Source: Peribolospora baueri (lineage: Eukaryota). From it: DNA of 64,000 bases. This document shows positions 50,836 through 62,327 of the stretch, in pieces. The notes under the pieces were generated by a model. The model was not told the origin of the DNA and did no database searches. It saw only the letters and a list, made by a program, of their open reading frames with translations. The position numbers were made by a program, and so were the translations under genes. The DNA lies in contig JAMDHS010000008.1 of assembly GCA_029717555.1 (NCBI GenBank), positions 186,001-250,000 of the forward strand, given 5' to 3'. How positions within the stretch are numbered: the stretch's first letter is position 1; each line of letters starts with the position of its first letter.

Positions 50836-52640
50836 ATGCGTGCCCTCCTCGCCGTCTCGCCTTCCTCTGCCATAGCGCGAGGTCGTGCGGCCCGAAGCTT
50901 CTCCTCCATCGCGCCCTTGCGAAATGCCCAAGTGAGTCGGTCGCTTGCTCTTCGGCGTGCGGTAGGAGAGAGAGCGGACGGGAGACTCACGCCTCTCCGT
51001 TCGTTACGCTCCTCCGCCAGCCATGCACGCGCTATCTCCAAGTCACCCACCCCGATGATGCGACGAGCCAAGAGACAACGGACCTGCTGACCCGCTTCCA
51101 GTCCTACACGCTCTCCACCTACTCCCGGCCTCCGCTTCTCTTCACACACGGAAACGGCCTCTCTCTCCACTCGGCCTCTTCGAACCCCTCCTACCTCGAC
51201 TTCTCCGCCGGCATCGCCGTCAACGCCCTCGGCCATGCCGATCCCCAAGTGGCCCAGTTGGCCGCCGAGCAAGCACACAAGCTCGTGCACGTCAGCAACC
51301 TTTACAATAACGAGTGGAGTGGCCGACTTGCCGAGCTGCTCGTCGAGCTTACCCGCCAAGAAGGTGGTTTGGGTTTCCAGACGGGTACCGGAAAGGGCGT
51401 CGAAGCGGACAGCGGCACTCCGGTGGAGCCAGCCAAGGCGGGCGAGAGTCGGGGCCTCAAAGTGTTTTTGGCCAACAGCGGCACGGAAGCCAACGAGGGT
51501 GAGCGCCCGTCGTGGCTCGACATTTCAGCCAACATTCGTCCTTTCATCCCTCCCTCCTCTCACACATTCTCTCTCTCTCCCTCTGTGTGTGTGTGCACAG
51601 GCGCACTCAAGTTCGCCCGCAAAGTGGGCAGTCTGACATCTCAAGGCTCCCCCAACAAGAAGACGTCCATCGTCTCCTTCACCAACTGCTTCCACGGCCG
51701 CACCATGGGCGCCCTCTCCGCCACGCACAACGCCAAGTACCAGGCACCATTTGCACCGCTCGTCCCCGGCTTTAAGGAGGGCGTGTTCAACCAGATGGAA
51801 GGGCTCGAAGAGCTTGTGGACGAGAGCGTGTGTGGAGTCATCGTCGAGCCTATTCAGGGCGAGGGAGGCGTTTGGCAGGCCAAGACGAAGTGGCTGGAGG
51901 CGTTGAGGAAGCGGTGTGATGAGGTGGGAGCGGTGCTCATCTACGACGAGATCCAGGTGAGCCGAGTTGTCACCGCCTCGATCGTCCGTTGGACCGCATC
52001 ACGCAACTCATCCCCCTCTTTCCGGACCCGATCCGCTCGCTTCTTTTCCCGTCATTAGTGTGGCCTCTACCGTACCGGTAAGCTCTGGGCGCACTCGTCC
52101 CTCCCCGTCTCGGCACACCCGGACATCGTGACGATGGCCAAGCCGCTCGCCAACGGCTTCCCCATCGGCGCTATCTTGATGCGAGACCGCATCGCCGATG
52201 TGATCGCCATCGGAGACCACGGTACCACCTTTGGCGGCGGACCGCTCGCCTCTCGCATCGCCCACCACGTCCTCCTCCGCCTCTCCCAACCCGACCTCGT
52301 ACGAGGCGTCGAGGGCGCGTCCAAGGTGCTCGTGTCGCGCCTGTCCAAGCTGCCCAACTTCTTCCCCACCCTCGTCTCCGCGCCTTCCGACAAGATGGCC
52401 TCCGTGCCTCGCGGCAGAGGTCTCATCCTCGGCTTTTCCCTCAAGGACTCTCGTTGGGTGTCCCGGCTCGTTGGTCTGGTGCGCGAGAGGGGCGCGCTCA
52501 TCTTGAGCGCCGGCAAAGACGCCATTCGCCTCGTGCCTAGCTTGACCGTCTCCGAGGAGGAGGCGAACCACCTCTGCGACGTGCTCGAGAGCTCTTTGGA
52601 GGTGTTGAGGAGGGAGGTGGACGGTGAGCGGACGCAGTAG
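50836..52640 (+). CDS. ARG8: Acetylornithine aminotransferase, mitochondrial
   Basis: Presequence MRALLAVS..RSFSS; YLDFSAGIAVNALGH, NSGTEANE, FHGRTMGALSAT, EPIQGEGG, DEIQCGLYRTG, AKPLANGFPIGA, HGTTFGG. Confidence 0.95.
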
Positions 52641-52957
52641 ATTGCGAGATCCGCGAGCTTTTTAAGAACCTGGCTGGACCTTGGATCCGTTCCGACCATA
52701 TATTGCACCGAAGAGAATAATTCATACTGCAAGGAAGCAGCGAGACGACTCCATTCCCTCCCATCTGTTTTTTTTCTCAAATGACTCCCCGTCTCTCGTG
52801 CTATGTCGATCGATCGGCGGAGCGGCCCCGCTGTTCTCGGTTCAGAGATCCAGCCCTCTCAGAAAAAACTTATCAGGCCCCTTCCTTCCGTTCCTGTCCA
52901 ATTTCCGGGCACGGGTCATAAAACGAGCGAAAACAATCTATCCATCCTTCCATCCTG

Positions 52958-54868
52958 TCAGGCGGTCACGTCCTTGCCCTCACCCTTGCCTTCTCGGCCG
53001 CTTGCGGCTTCGAGAGCCTGGACGGCCTCCGTCTCCTCTTGGCCAGCAAAGCTCTTCATGCCATTCAGGCCCCACCTGTCCATCCTCTCCTTGTCCGCTT
53101 CCCAAGAGATGGCGGGCGTGGTGAGCATCTTCTCTCCGGTGAACACCGCGTTGGCTCCAGCCAAGAAGCACATCGCCTGCTCCGACTCGTTGTACAGATA
53201 CCTTCCAGCGGCGAGACGGATGATAGAGGTGGGCAGGACGATGCGAGCGGTCGCGATCGTGCGGAGCATGTCGTGGAACGAGACGGGCTGCTCGCGTGCG
53301 AGGCGGATAATGAAAATAAGGATGAGAACCACTGCCACCGTTTAAAGCGCATCGAAACAACAGTCCTAGGTTAAAGTTTCCACTTGCCTCATTTCCGGCC
53401 AAAGGCGTGCCCTCGATCGCCACCAGAGCGTTGACCGGGAAGCTCTCCGGGTGCTGAGGCAGACTGCAGAGGCAAAAAATGGAGAAATTCAGAAGGGTGC
53501 GCAGCCAGTCAGACATTGCTCTCGACGACGCGGTTGGCTGTTTGGAGCCAAGCACAGGAGGCCGACGACGCCTATCCTCCTCTACTTGCATTCTGGTTTT
53601 GTACTCACCGGCTCATTTCCCAAATCAACCCAACGCGGTCCTCCCTCTCCTCTCCTAGGCCCAGGATGCCACCAGAGCACACATTGATGCCCGCATCTCG
53701 CACCGCTTGCAATGTCGCCAGGCGGTCGTCGTACGTACGGGTCGTGATTACCTATAAATAAATGAAACGATGGCAAAGAAGCGCAAAGAAGGAAAGAGCG
53801 GTAAGGGGCGCAAGGGAAAAGCAAATGAACATGCTCGGGTTTGAGTGCCATATCCTATTGCGCAGTGCGGTTCCGGAAACGCGCGGCGAGGGGCTCTTTC
53901 CTCCTTTGCTCATCATCATCTTCACACATCATTGGACCGCTCCATCGCTCACCTTGCTATAGTATTCCCTCGAAGTATCGAGGTTGTGGTTGTACGCCGT
54001 GAGACCAGCTTCTGCGAGCGCCTTGGCCTGCTCGGGGGTTAGCATGCCGAGAGTCGTGCACACCTCCATGCCCATTCCACTGATAGAAAAGGGAAGTGTA
54101 AGAAGATATTGTTACTTCCGACCGAATATTTCACGCGATGTCCACTCCTCCAAGGTCGTGCTCACCGAATCTCCTTGACCATGGTCAAAATCCTATCGAA
54201 ACCCCTCTTCCTTCCGTTCATATCCCTCCAAGCTGCGCCCATACAGAATCTCGTCGAACCGTTCGCCTTGGCCTTCCTCGCCTCCTCCAATACAGGTTCA
54301 ATTTCCACGAGCTTGCTCGCGGTGAGGCCGGTGTCATATCGGGAGGACTGAGAGCAGTAGCTGCAATCCTCCGAGCAGCCACCAGTCTTGATGTTCATCA
54401 GCGTGCACAATTGGATCTTCGTCGGGTCATGATAGTGACGGTGAACGGTGGCCTGCAAAGTGGTTAGAGGTCACGAAATGAGCAAACGTGAAAGATCGAA
54501 CGACACAAGTGCTCCACTCCTCACAACCTTGTCCATCCTTTACCGCGTCTCAGGATAGGAGAGCACGACCCACTCACGGCGCGGTAGACGAGTTCCATCA
54601 AAGGCGTATCGTAGATGCTCTGCACTTCCTCCCTCGACCAGTCATGCCGCACGGCAAACTCGGAAGCCGCAGTGTTAGCACGGCCCGTGGCAGAGGCATC
54701 TTGGACGGTGGCATTCTCGGGGGAGGTGCTGGGAGTGTTGACATCGACAGCGGTGGCCCGGCCCCGGCGTTGGACGAATGGGGCGCGAGACGGCAAGAGC
54801 GCGGAGGAAGATACAGGGGAAAGAAGGGCGCGCAGCGGGGCAGCGCACGAAAGACGGGGGAGCGACAT
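52958..54868 (-). CDS. BIO2: Biotin synthase (radical SAM), mitochondrial
   Basis: [27 protein letters not shown] (CxxxCxxC), [69 protein letters not shown]. Confidence 0.97.
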
Positions 54869-55124
54869 GGCAACGGTGGTTGCTGAAGGAGGAGGAGGTT
54901 GCTGGCCTGGACGACGGTAGAGATCTTCAACCGGCTCGGGTTTGCGAGACCCGATGCGGCGTGGGCGGTAAACCCGATGACGCACGTGATCACCGCCCAT
55001 GCCGTATGGACGACAGCGTGACCGCAGCAACGCCGATCACGGGGGCCGCCAGAAGGACGGTGAAGTGGGAGTGGCTCTTGAGAGGAGCACGTCGCAAGCA
55101 GTGCTTCCTACGAGGCAGTCCAGC

Positions 55125-58100
55125 ATGGCAGCCTACTCCAACTCGTCTCGGGCGCTTGCCTTTATCACGGAGCGGGCCGAGGACCTGGCCTCCAACATTC
55201 GTGGCCTCGTCGACGGAGCGGGGTCGGCCAAGTTCCTTGACACGAGCGAGGACAAGGTCGCGCTCATTCGCCAGCAGCTCGAGAGCAACAGGGATGAGCA
55301 GAAGTTGGAGGCGCTGAAGAGGCTTATTGCTGTGAGTCGTTGTATATTGAACGTGGAGGGAATTTTCCTGGACTCCGTTTCCAAGGTGTTGTGGCGGCGA
55401 AGGGAATTGCCATGCCGTCCCGGAAGAGACGCGCCTGGAGCCAGCTTGGCTCTTGCTTACGTTCTCCAAACTCCCCTTATTTCTCCAGATGATCTCAAAG
55501 AACCGAGACGTATCCTCTTTCTTTGCCTCAGTGATCAAAAACGTGGCCTCCCCCTCTCTCGAGATTCGCAAGCTCGTCTATATTTACCTCCTCCGCTACT
55601 CGTCAGCAGAGCCCGATCTCGCCCTGCTCTCCATAAACACTTTTCAGCGAGACCTCACCGACCCGAACCCACTCATTCGTGCCATGGCGCTCCGTGTGCT
55701 TAGCGGCATTCGCGTACCCGTCATTGCCGGCATTGTGGTCATGAGCGTCGGGAAAGCCGCTAAAGACGTAAGCCCGTATGTCAGGAAGACTGCCGCATTA
55801 GCGATTCCGAAATGTTACGAGTATGTGCTCAAATTTGTTAGCTTCCTGGGATTCGCATTCCGAACTGCATCTACGGAACCCACTCTGATATCGTACGTCT
55901 TCTTTCTCATCTCACCAGCCTCGACGAAGAGCTCCTCCCGCAACTCGTCCCTATCCTTTCGGCGCTTCTCGCCGATCGATCCGCTCAAACGCTCGGCGCG
56001 ACGCTTGGTGCTTTCGCCCGTGTGTGTCCGGACCGTTTCGACCTCTTGCACAAGCACTATCGCAAGTTGTGCGCGGCGCTCATCGACATGGACGAGTGGG
56101 GACAGGCTCAGGTGCTTGGTGTGCTCGCAAGGTATGCGCGTACGCAATTCGCGGATCCGGACCGACCCAAGGAAAAGCAAAAGTCAGAAGGCACACGTGG
56201 AGAGGAAGAGGACGAAGAGTTACCGGGCTTTGAGATGCAGGCGGACGAGCCGACGTTAGACCCTGACCATGAGCTACTGCTCAAGAGCGCAGAGCCGCTG
56301 TTGCAAAGTCGGAATCCTACGGTGAGGGTCCCGAAAGGGTCGCCGACGGATGCGAGTGGGCGATGGGTCAAAGCTGCTTCTCTGACCTGATTTGATGGAT
56401 CTCCGCACACTCTGCACACAGGTGGCGATGGCCGCTATCAAGCTCTTCTTCTACGTCGCCCCTCGGTCCAGACTCTCTCGGACGATATCCCGACCCCTCG
56501 TACGGCTAGTGCATTTCCCTCCAGACATCCAATACATCGTCCTGCTAGACACGGAGGTGGTGGCGAGAGAACGGCCGGAGCTCCTCTCCTCTTACTTGTC
56601 CACCTACTTCGTCAAGGCCACCGACCCGCTGTATGTCAAGAGGGCAAAGCTGAGAATCTTGGTGTGCCTCGCCCAGAAGGACAACGTCGGAGTGCTGTTG
56701 CGAGAGCTTCTCGTGAGTCACTGGATTTTTTGTCTGCGCTCATTTTACGAACGAAGTTGTGTGGTTTGGAAAGCTGAAGCTATTATCGTTATCATGTTTG
56801 TAGGAATACGTTCGTTTTCCGTCAGACGAATTTGCCTCGCTTGCCATTCAAGCCATCGGGCAGGTGGCATCGTCTCAGCCAGAAGTTTCGGACAAGTGCC
56901 TATCAGCCCTCATGAAGCTACTCAAGACCAAGAATGGTTTGTTTGAATTTCGTCTCGCCGACTTGGGCTCCGTAAGGAGGCTTGCATTCGACCTTCATCC
57001 TTTTCGCTTTTCCCTTCTCAGATGCGCTCGTCTCTCAATCCGTGATGGTTGTCAAGACTCTAATCCAGCTTCGTGAGTCGCCCAGCTCCGGCGTCAGCAC
57101 AGTCAGCTCCTCGGGCGCTTCTCAGCCCACCGGCGCCATCATCGCTCGACTGGCCCGCATGCTCTATGCCGCGCTCTCATCGTCGTCGTCCAAGATCAAG
57201 AAGAACAAGAAGGCATCTAAAACGAAGATCTCCGACGGCGGAGTGTCCAGTCCCGATGCAAGGGCGTGCATTTTCTGGTTGCTGGGGCAGTACGCTCACC
57301 TGACCGTGCAAGTGCGCTGGCGAACGGCGGCTAGTGAAGCCACGGCCGTTCAAGGCGGAGGTGGCAAAGAGGAAAGGACGCTGGCCGAGGTCGTGGCACC
57401 TGACGTACTTCGCCTGGCTGCGAAGAGCTTTTCTGCAGAGGTACGGAGCGCCTTGTTCCCATTGGCACGGTTGCGCTCGCTCACACTGTACTAATGATTT
57501 TCCTTTTCCTTTCGGCTATCGTCCCGTGTTCAGGCTTCCTCCCCAAAGCTGCAAATCCTGACCCTTGCGACAAAGCTCTTCATACTCTCCCCGTCCTCTC
57601 GTCCTGTCTCGCTGCTCCTCACCTACGTACTCCAACTCGCTCGATACGACCTCAACTACGATGTTCGAGACCGAGCTCGCTTCTGCAAAGGACTTGTGAG
57701 CGGTATCGGACAGAGCACCGGCACTTTCATCTTTTCTGTCACGGCCGCTAGCGCTCTTAGCGGCTTGGAGGAAGGAGTGGAGGTGGAAGGAATGGCGGGC
57801 AAGGAGGAGTTGGAAAGGGAGGAAAGGGAGGCGGCGGAGAGGGGCGGTGTGAGATTGAGGAGAGAACAGGTGCAGATGGTCATGTTCGGCGGCAAGGAGT
57901 CACCAAAGACAGAGCAGGGCCTCGATGGCCACCGTGAGTGTTTCGGGACGTCATGTTACGGGCCAACGCTTCACTGATCTCCCGTTGACGAGCTAACTTC
58001 CCACTTCCCTGTCTTAAACTCTAACGAATGGTCGCCTCTCTTTCTGCAGTCTTAGGCTCCCTGGCCCTCGCTTTGGACGGCCGCTCGCTGAAAAGGGAAG

Positions 58101-58660
58101 AAGAGTCAAACCCTCTTCCACCGTGGGCTGAGCCGGACGCCATCCCAGATCCTTCGACGCGACACGTAGACGAGCCGCCTCCGTCTTCCGTCCCCACCGC
58201 CTTTGCACGATCCGTGTCTTCTCCCTCTCTCGCCTCGCCGAGATCGCTGTCTTCGGAGCAATTCTTCGCATCCGGAGGAGGAGCAGGTGTCGGACGCGCA
58301 CGAGAACCTGTGATTCTGGTGCCGACGGAAACAGGCAGCGGGAGGGCCTCCCCGGCCGGTGTCAAGGTTGGGAGAGGGCAAGGGGGTTGGAAGGATTTGG
58401 ATGAGTTTCTGGACGAGTCGAGCGAGAGCGAGGAAGAGGAGACGGAAAGGCTGTCCGGTGCGGAGGAGGAGGAAGATGAAGAAGAAGGGGGGAGCGACGA
58501 GGAAGAGGAGGAGGAAGAAGAGGAGGAGGAAGAAGAGGAGGAAGATGAAGAGGAGGATGAGAGCGAGGAAGAGGATAGTGGAGAGGACAGTGAAGGGGAT
58601 AGCGAGGATGAAAAGGAGGAGGGGGGTGAGGTTGAGGACGCTGGGAGGACGTGGGCATAG
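55125..58660 (+). CDS. APL6: AP-3 adaptor complex subunit beta
   Basis: KLEALKRLIA, FFASVIKNVASPSLEIRKLVYIYLLRYS..PDLALLSINTFQRDL, DMDEWGQ, LDPDHELLL, ARYDLNYDVRDRARF, WKDLDEFL plus an acidic tail. Confidence 0.93.
58400..58636 (+). repeat. GAG/GAA-rich coding repeat (poly-Glu/Asp tail of AP-3 beta)
   Basis: Long run of gaggaggaagaagag.. encoding EEEEEEEEEEEEEEEDEEEDE. Confidence 0.8.
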
Positions 58661-58829
58661 TTACGCTATGGTCAGGGCGGCCGACTGCAATTAATTATAA
58701 GATAATGCCGGAGGGCCGCTTAACGCCGTTGATGGCCGACTGCGCTGACTCGGAACGAGGTGGTTTTGGAGGAACGCTTCTTCGCATCGTTGCTTCCCTC
58801 GCCGGTGTTTGACGTCGTCATCTCCTCTC

Positions 58830-60542
58830 ATGGCGCTCGAGGACAAACTCCAAGCAGCACTACGGAGACGGGCTGATCGGGGCATGCTCCGGCGCCTCAC
58901 GCACTTTTCGACGCCAACGGTGACCGACGCGGCTGACGACGAGACGCCTTCAGCCTCGTCGTCCAGTCGGGCGTTCGATTTGTCCGTGCAAGCAAAGCGG
59001 CATGGCAATTCCAGAGCCCTCATCGACTTTTCATCCAACGACTATCTCTCCTTGTCCACTTCCGTCGAGGTTCGGGACAAGTTCGTGGACAAAATGCGGG
59101 ACAGCGGACGGGCTTGCCTTCCTTTGGGAAGCACGGGGAGCCGGCTGTTGGACGGAAATACGGCGGAGCATGAGGCGGTGAGCTTTGGGCCACGGTGTGT
59201 GACGGATGGGTGAACGTTGGGCTGAAGAAGGTGATCTTATCACCGTTTCTGTTGGCGACGGCTGTCCCAGTTGGAGAACCGCCTGGCGTCGTTCTTCACT
59301 CCTCCCTCGTTGCGACATCCCTACTCCGCCCTTCTTTTCAACTCGGGTTTCGACGCCAACGTCTCCCTCTTCTCCGTGCTTCCTCAGCCCGGAGATGTGA
59401 TTGTCTACGACGAGCTCATCCACGCCTCTGTTCATGACGGCATGCGCGCTTCGAGGGCGGCGGCCAAGCTGAGCTTCGCACACAATGATGTGAGCGCCCT
59501 GGAGACGGTACTTGAGCGCTTGTTGGACGGACAAGCGGAAGTACCGGAGAAGGCCAAGGCCAAGGCTGAGGACACAAAGTCGACTCAGTTGGGAGACAGC
59601 GGGAAGCGGCTCGGGAAAAGGTTGGCACGCCGGCTCCGATCGGGCGAGTCGACGTTGTTCCTAGCTGTCGAATCGCTTTACTCGATGGATGGAGACTACT
59701 GTCCGCTCTCCTCCATTCTCCGCCTTTTAGCCGAAATCCTGCCTGCCAAGAATTACCGGGTCATCCTCGACGAGGCGCACACGACCGGTCTGCTCGGCCC
59801 TCGAGGGCGAGGTCTCTACTCCACCCTCTGCGCCGAAGAACAGACACAAATCTCGGTGCGCTTGCACACTTTCGGCAAGGCGCTCGGCTCCCATGGCGCG
59901 GTGGTGATCGCGATGGAGGCGGTGGTGCGAGAGTACCTGATCAACTACGCCCGGCCGCTCATTTACTCGACCGCCATGAGCGTGTCGAATGTGCTGAGCA
60001 TCGAAACCGCTTTTGACGTGCTGGAAAGCGGAGAGGGCGAGAGGCGGGCGGAGAGGTTGCGAGGGCTGTGCGACGTCTTCCTTGTCGAAATGCGCTCTCT
60101 CCTCCGCCAGACACAGTCCGGAGGGGCGCCGCAGGACCGGCCGAAGCTGTCCCTTCCTCCTACGCCCCCCGCGTCCTCGTTCCCCAAACCCATCATACCC
60201 CTTCTGACGCCGTATCCCCGACGGCTCACGACGTACATGCAGCACTGCGGCTTCCTAGCTCGGCCGATCACCTACCCCACCGTGCCAAAGGGGCAGGAAC
60301 GCGTGCGGATCTGTCTGCATTCTGGCAACACGGTTGGCGAGGTGCGGGCGTTGGTAAGGTGCATTCGGGCTTGGCTGTCGTCGGAGGAGGCTTCGGCGTC
60401 GGCGGCGGCGGTGGCGGTGGATACACGGCGCGACGCGATTTCTGCTCACATCCCCGGGTCGAAGAAGCAGCCTACGCTCTCGTCCTCCACGGGGTCTGGC
60501 ACTGATGTATTTGATACCCGCTCGCTTCGGGCTAGATTATGA
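58830..60542 (+). CDS. bioF: 8-amino-7-oxononanoate (KAPA) synthase BioF, C-terminal PTS1
   Basis: IDFSSNDYLSL, GSTGSRLLDGN, LLFNSGFDAN, YDELIHASVHDG, FAHND, VESLYSMDGD, DEAH, TFGKA (PLP Lys), RVRICLH; ends -ARL; one intron at 59178-59270. Confidence 0.95.
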
Positions 60543-62101
60543 GATGTGGAGAAGCACATGGAAGGGATGTGGAGGGCCGGGTCTCATCTGTTTCTGTTCT
60601 TTTCTTTTTGTCCCGGACGTTCTCGAGTCAGCTGGCTGGATCGAGAAGTGAGGTCGAGCGAGCGGGGCGTGCTGGGTGTTTCGAGGACCGAATATGGCAA
60701 GCAGGCTTGGAGACCCATGCTTGATGATGATGATAAGGCGGTCATCATCGGAAGCAGTCGACTCAGCACACAGACGACGAACGAACGTCGGTGACGCTAC
60801 GGCTTCGCGGTGCGTTGAGTGACGTATTGCGCACGTGCTCATCACCGGAGCATCCGTGCGCTTCAATGGATCGTTTGCTCGCCGGTTAGGTTCGGTGAAA
60901 TAGACACAAGCTGACCCGCCCTTGCATGGAAAGGACACCGACGGGCGCACGTGACCATGAAAATAAAAATCCGCTCACGTGCCTCCGCCGCTGGGTCGCC
61001 GAGCCGAGCGAGCCAGGCGGGTCTCAGCTTGGATTGGAGTGCGGCCGGTCGCGTCGGTTGGGAGGCGACGAGGTGCGTCTGTCTGGCTTGGCTGCCTTGT
61101 AGGCCTTCGCGAGGCACAAGAGACCCCGCTGGAGCCAAGTGCCATGAGCGGGGCACCCGGCAGCGCGCCGAACGACAACGACGCTGCCTCCAGTGTCAGC
61201 GGTCGTGGCTCGCAGCGAGACGAGGCCGAGAACCGCGGGGGGGGGGCCACCAGAAATGGGGACATGAGCTCCATTTCAGGCGCACTCGACTGCGTCGGTC
61301 GTCGTTTGCCCTCTGGAGAGACGAATGCAGAATGCAGAGCGATCTGCCGGGCTTGGTTGGGCCGAGCTTGATTGACAGCGAGCGAGGCCCGCTCGGGCGT
61401 GCGCCGTCTTCGTCGCCCTTTTTAACGCGCGCCGCCGCCATGCCACGTCCAGGGCTCCACAGCATCTGTCGCTGTCGCTGTCTGTAACTTACTTTAGAGT
61501 TGGTGACGGGTCGGCGCCCGCGATGGAAGGGTGCGAGAGGCTGGATTAAACCGCAGCGGGAGAGCGAGAGCAAGGAAGAACGTGACGATGCGATGCGACG
61601 GCCGACGCCCGTCCTGGCGCGGATCGCGGTACGAGCGCCATCTCATCTTATCTGGCTGGTGGTCGGTTGTGCGAGCCGGCGGCTGTTTGTGCGATGACGA
61701 TGGGCGGTAGGATCGGGTCATCCGCCTGCTTTCCTTCCTTTTCCTCCCTGGCTCGCAGAAAAAAGGTCGGTGGTGGCCGGTGTGCGAGCTCGTGATAACC
61801 GAGGCAAGGTGGGGTCCAAGATCTGAGGATTGCCATATTAGGCAAAACAGCCTCCTTCGGCCGTTCGCCGTTCGCCGTTCCGATCGGATTGCCGCGCCCG
61901 TTCGAGGTTGAGGTGGCACTCATGACGCACCCACCCTCCATTTCTTCCAGCCCAGCCCAGCCCAGCCCCCGTCCGCTGTTCCTACTTGCGGAAGTCGCCG
62001 TCATATCCTCCACCCTTTCCTTCCACTCGCTCACTCCAGCCTTGATCGCAGCCCCGCCCGTTCCGTTCGGTTCCGCCCGCCGCCGAGATGGCAAGTGACG
62101 A

Positions 62102-62205
62102 AGGGGAACGCGGGGCCAGCTTCGACGTCCCATGGATATATAAGTTGCTCCGCCTGGCCACGTACCCCGCCGGCGTTTTTTCATGCCAACACCTCCCTCG
62201 CCCCT
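62102..62205 (+). promoter_or_regulatory. Putative core promoter of the HAD phosphatase: TATATAA flanked by STRE-like AGGGG/CCCCT
   Basis: TATATAA at 62137-62143, AGGGG at 62102-62106 and CCCCT at 62201-62205, 120-230 nt before the ATG. The motifs are short, so support is weak. Confidence 0.35.
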
Positions 62206-62327
62206 TTAGATTGCCGTCGCCGCTCCCTCCTTCGCTCGTGCCGGTTTAGACATATAAACGACCACCGACGCCTCATACACGCTACCCTACACTCCTTCAT
62301 TCATATTTCCATCCGAAAACCCACACC

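Noticed and set aside
50836..52640. Class-III aminotransferase next to BIO2 as the missing BioA (DAPA aminotransferase)
   Set aside because: Its motifs are ArgD/ARG8-type (GIAVNALGH, FHGRT, GEGG). It lacks BioA's SSWW/YHG signatures and a dethiobiotin synthetase domain.
58359..58830. APL6-bioF translational fusion
   Set aside because: The two CDSs are in different frames, and the bioF frame is closed by TAA at 58692-58694.
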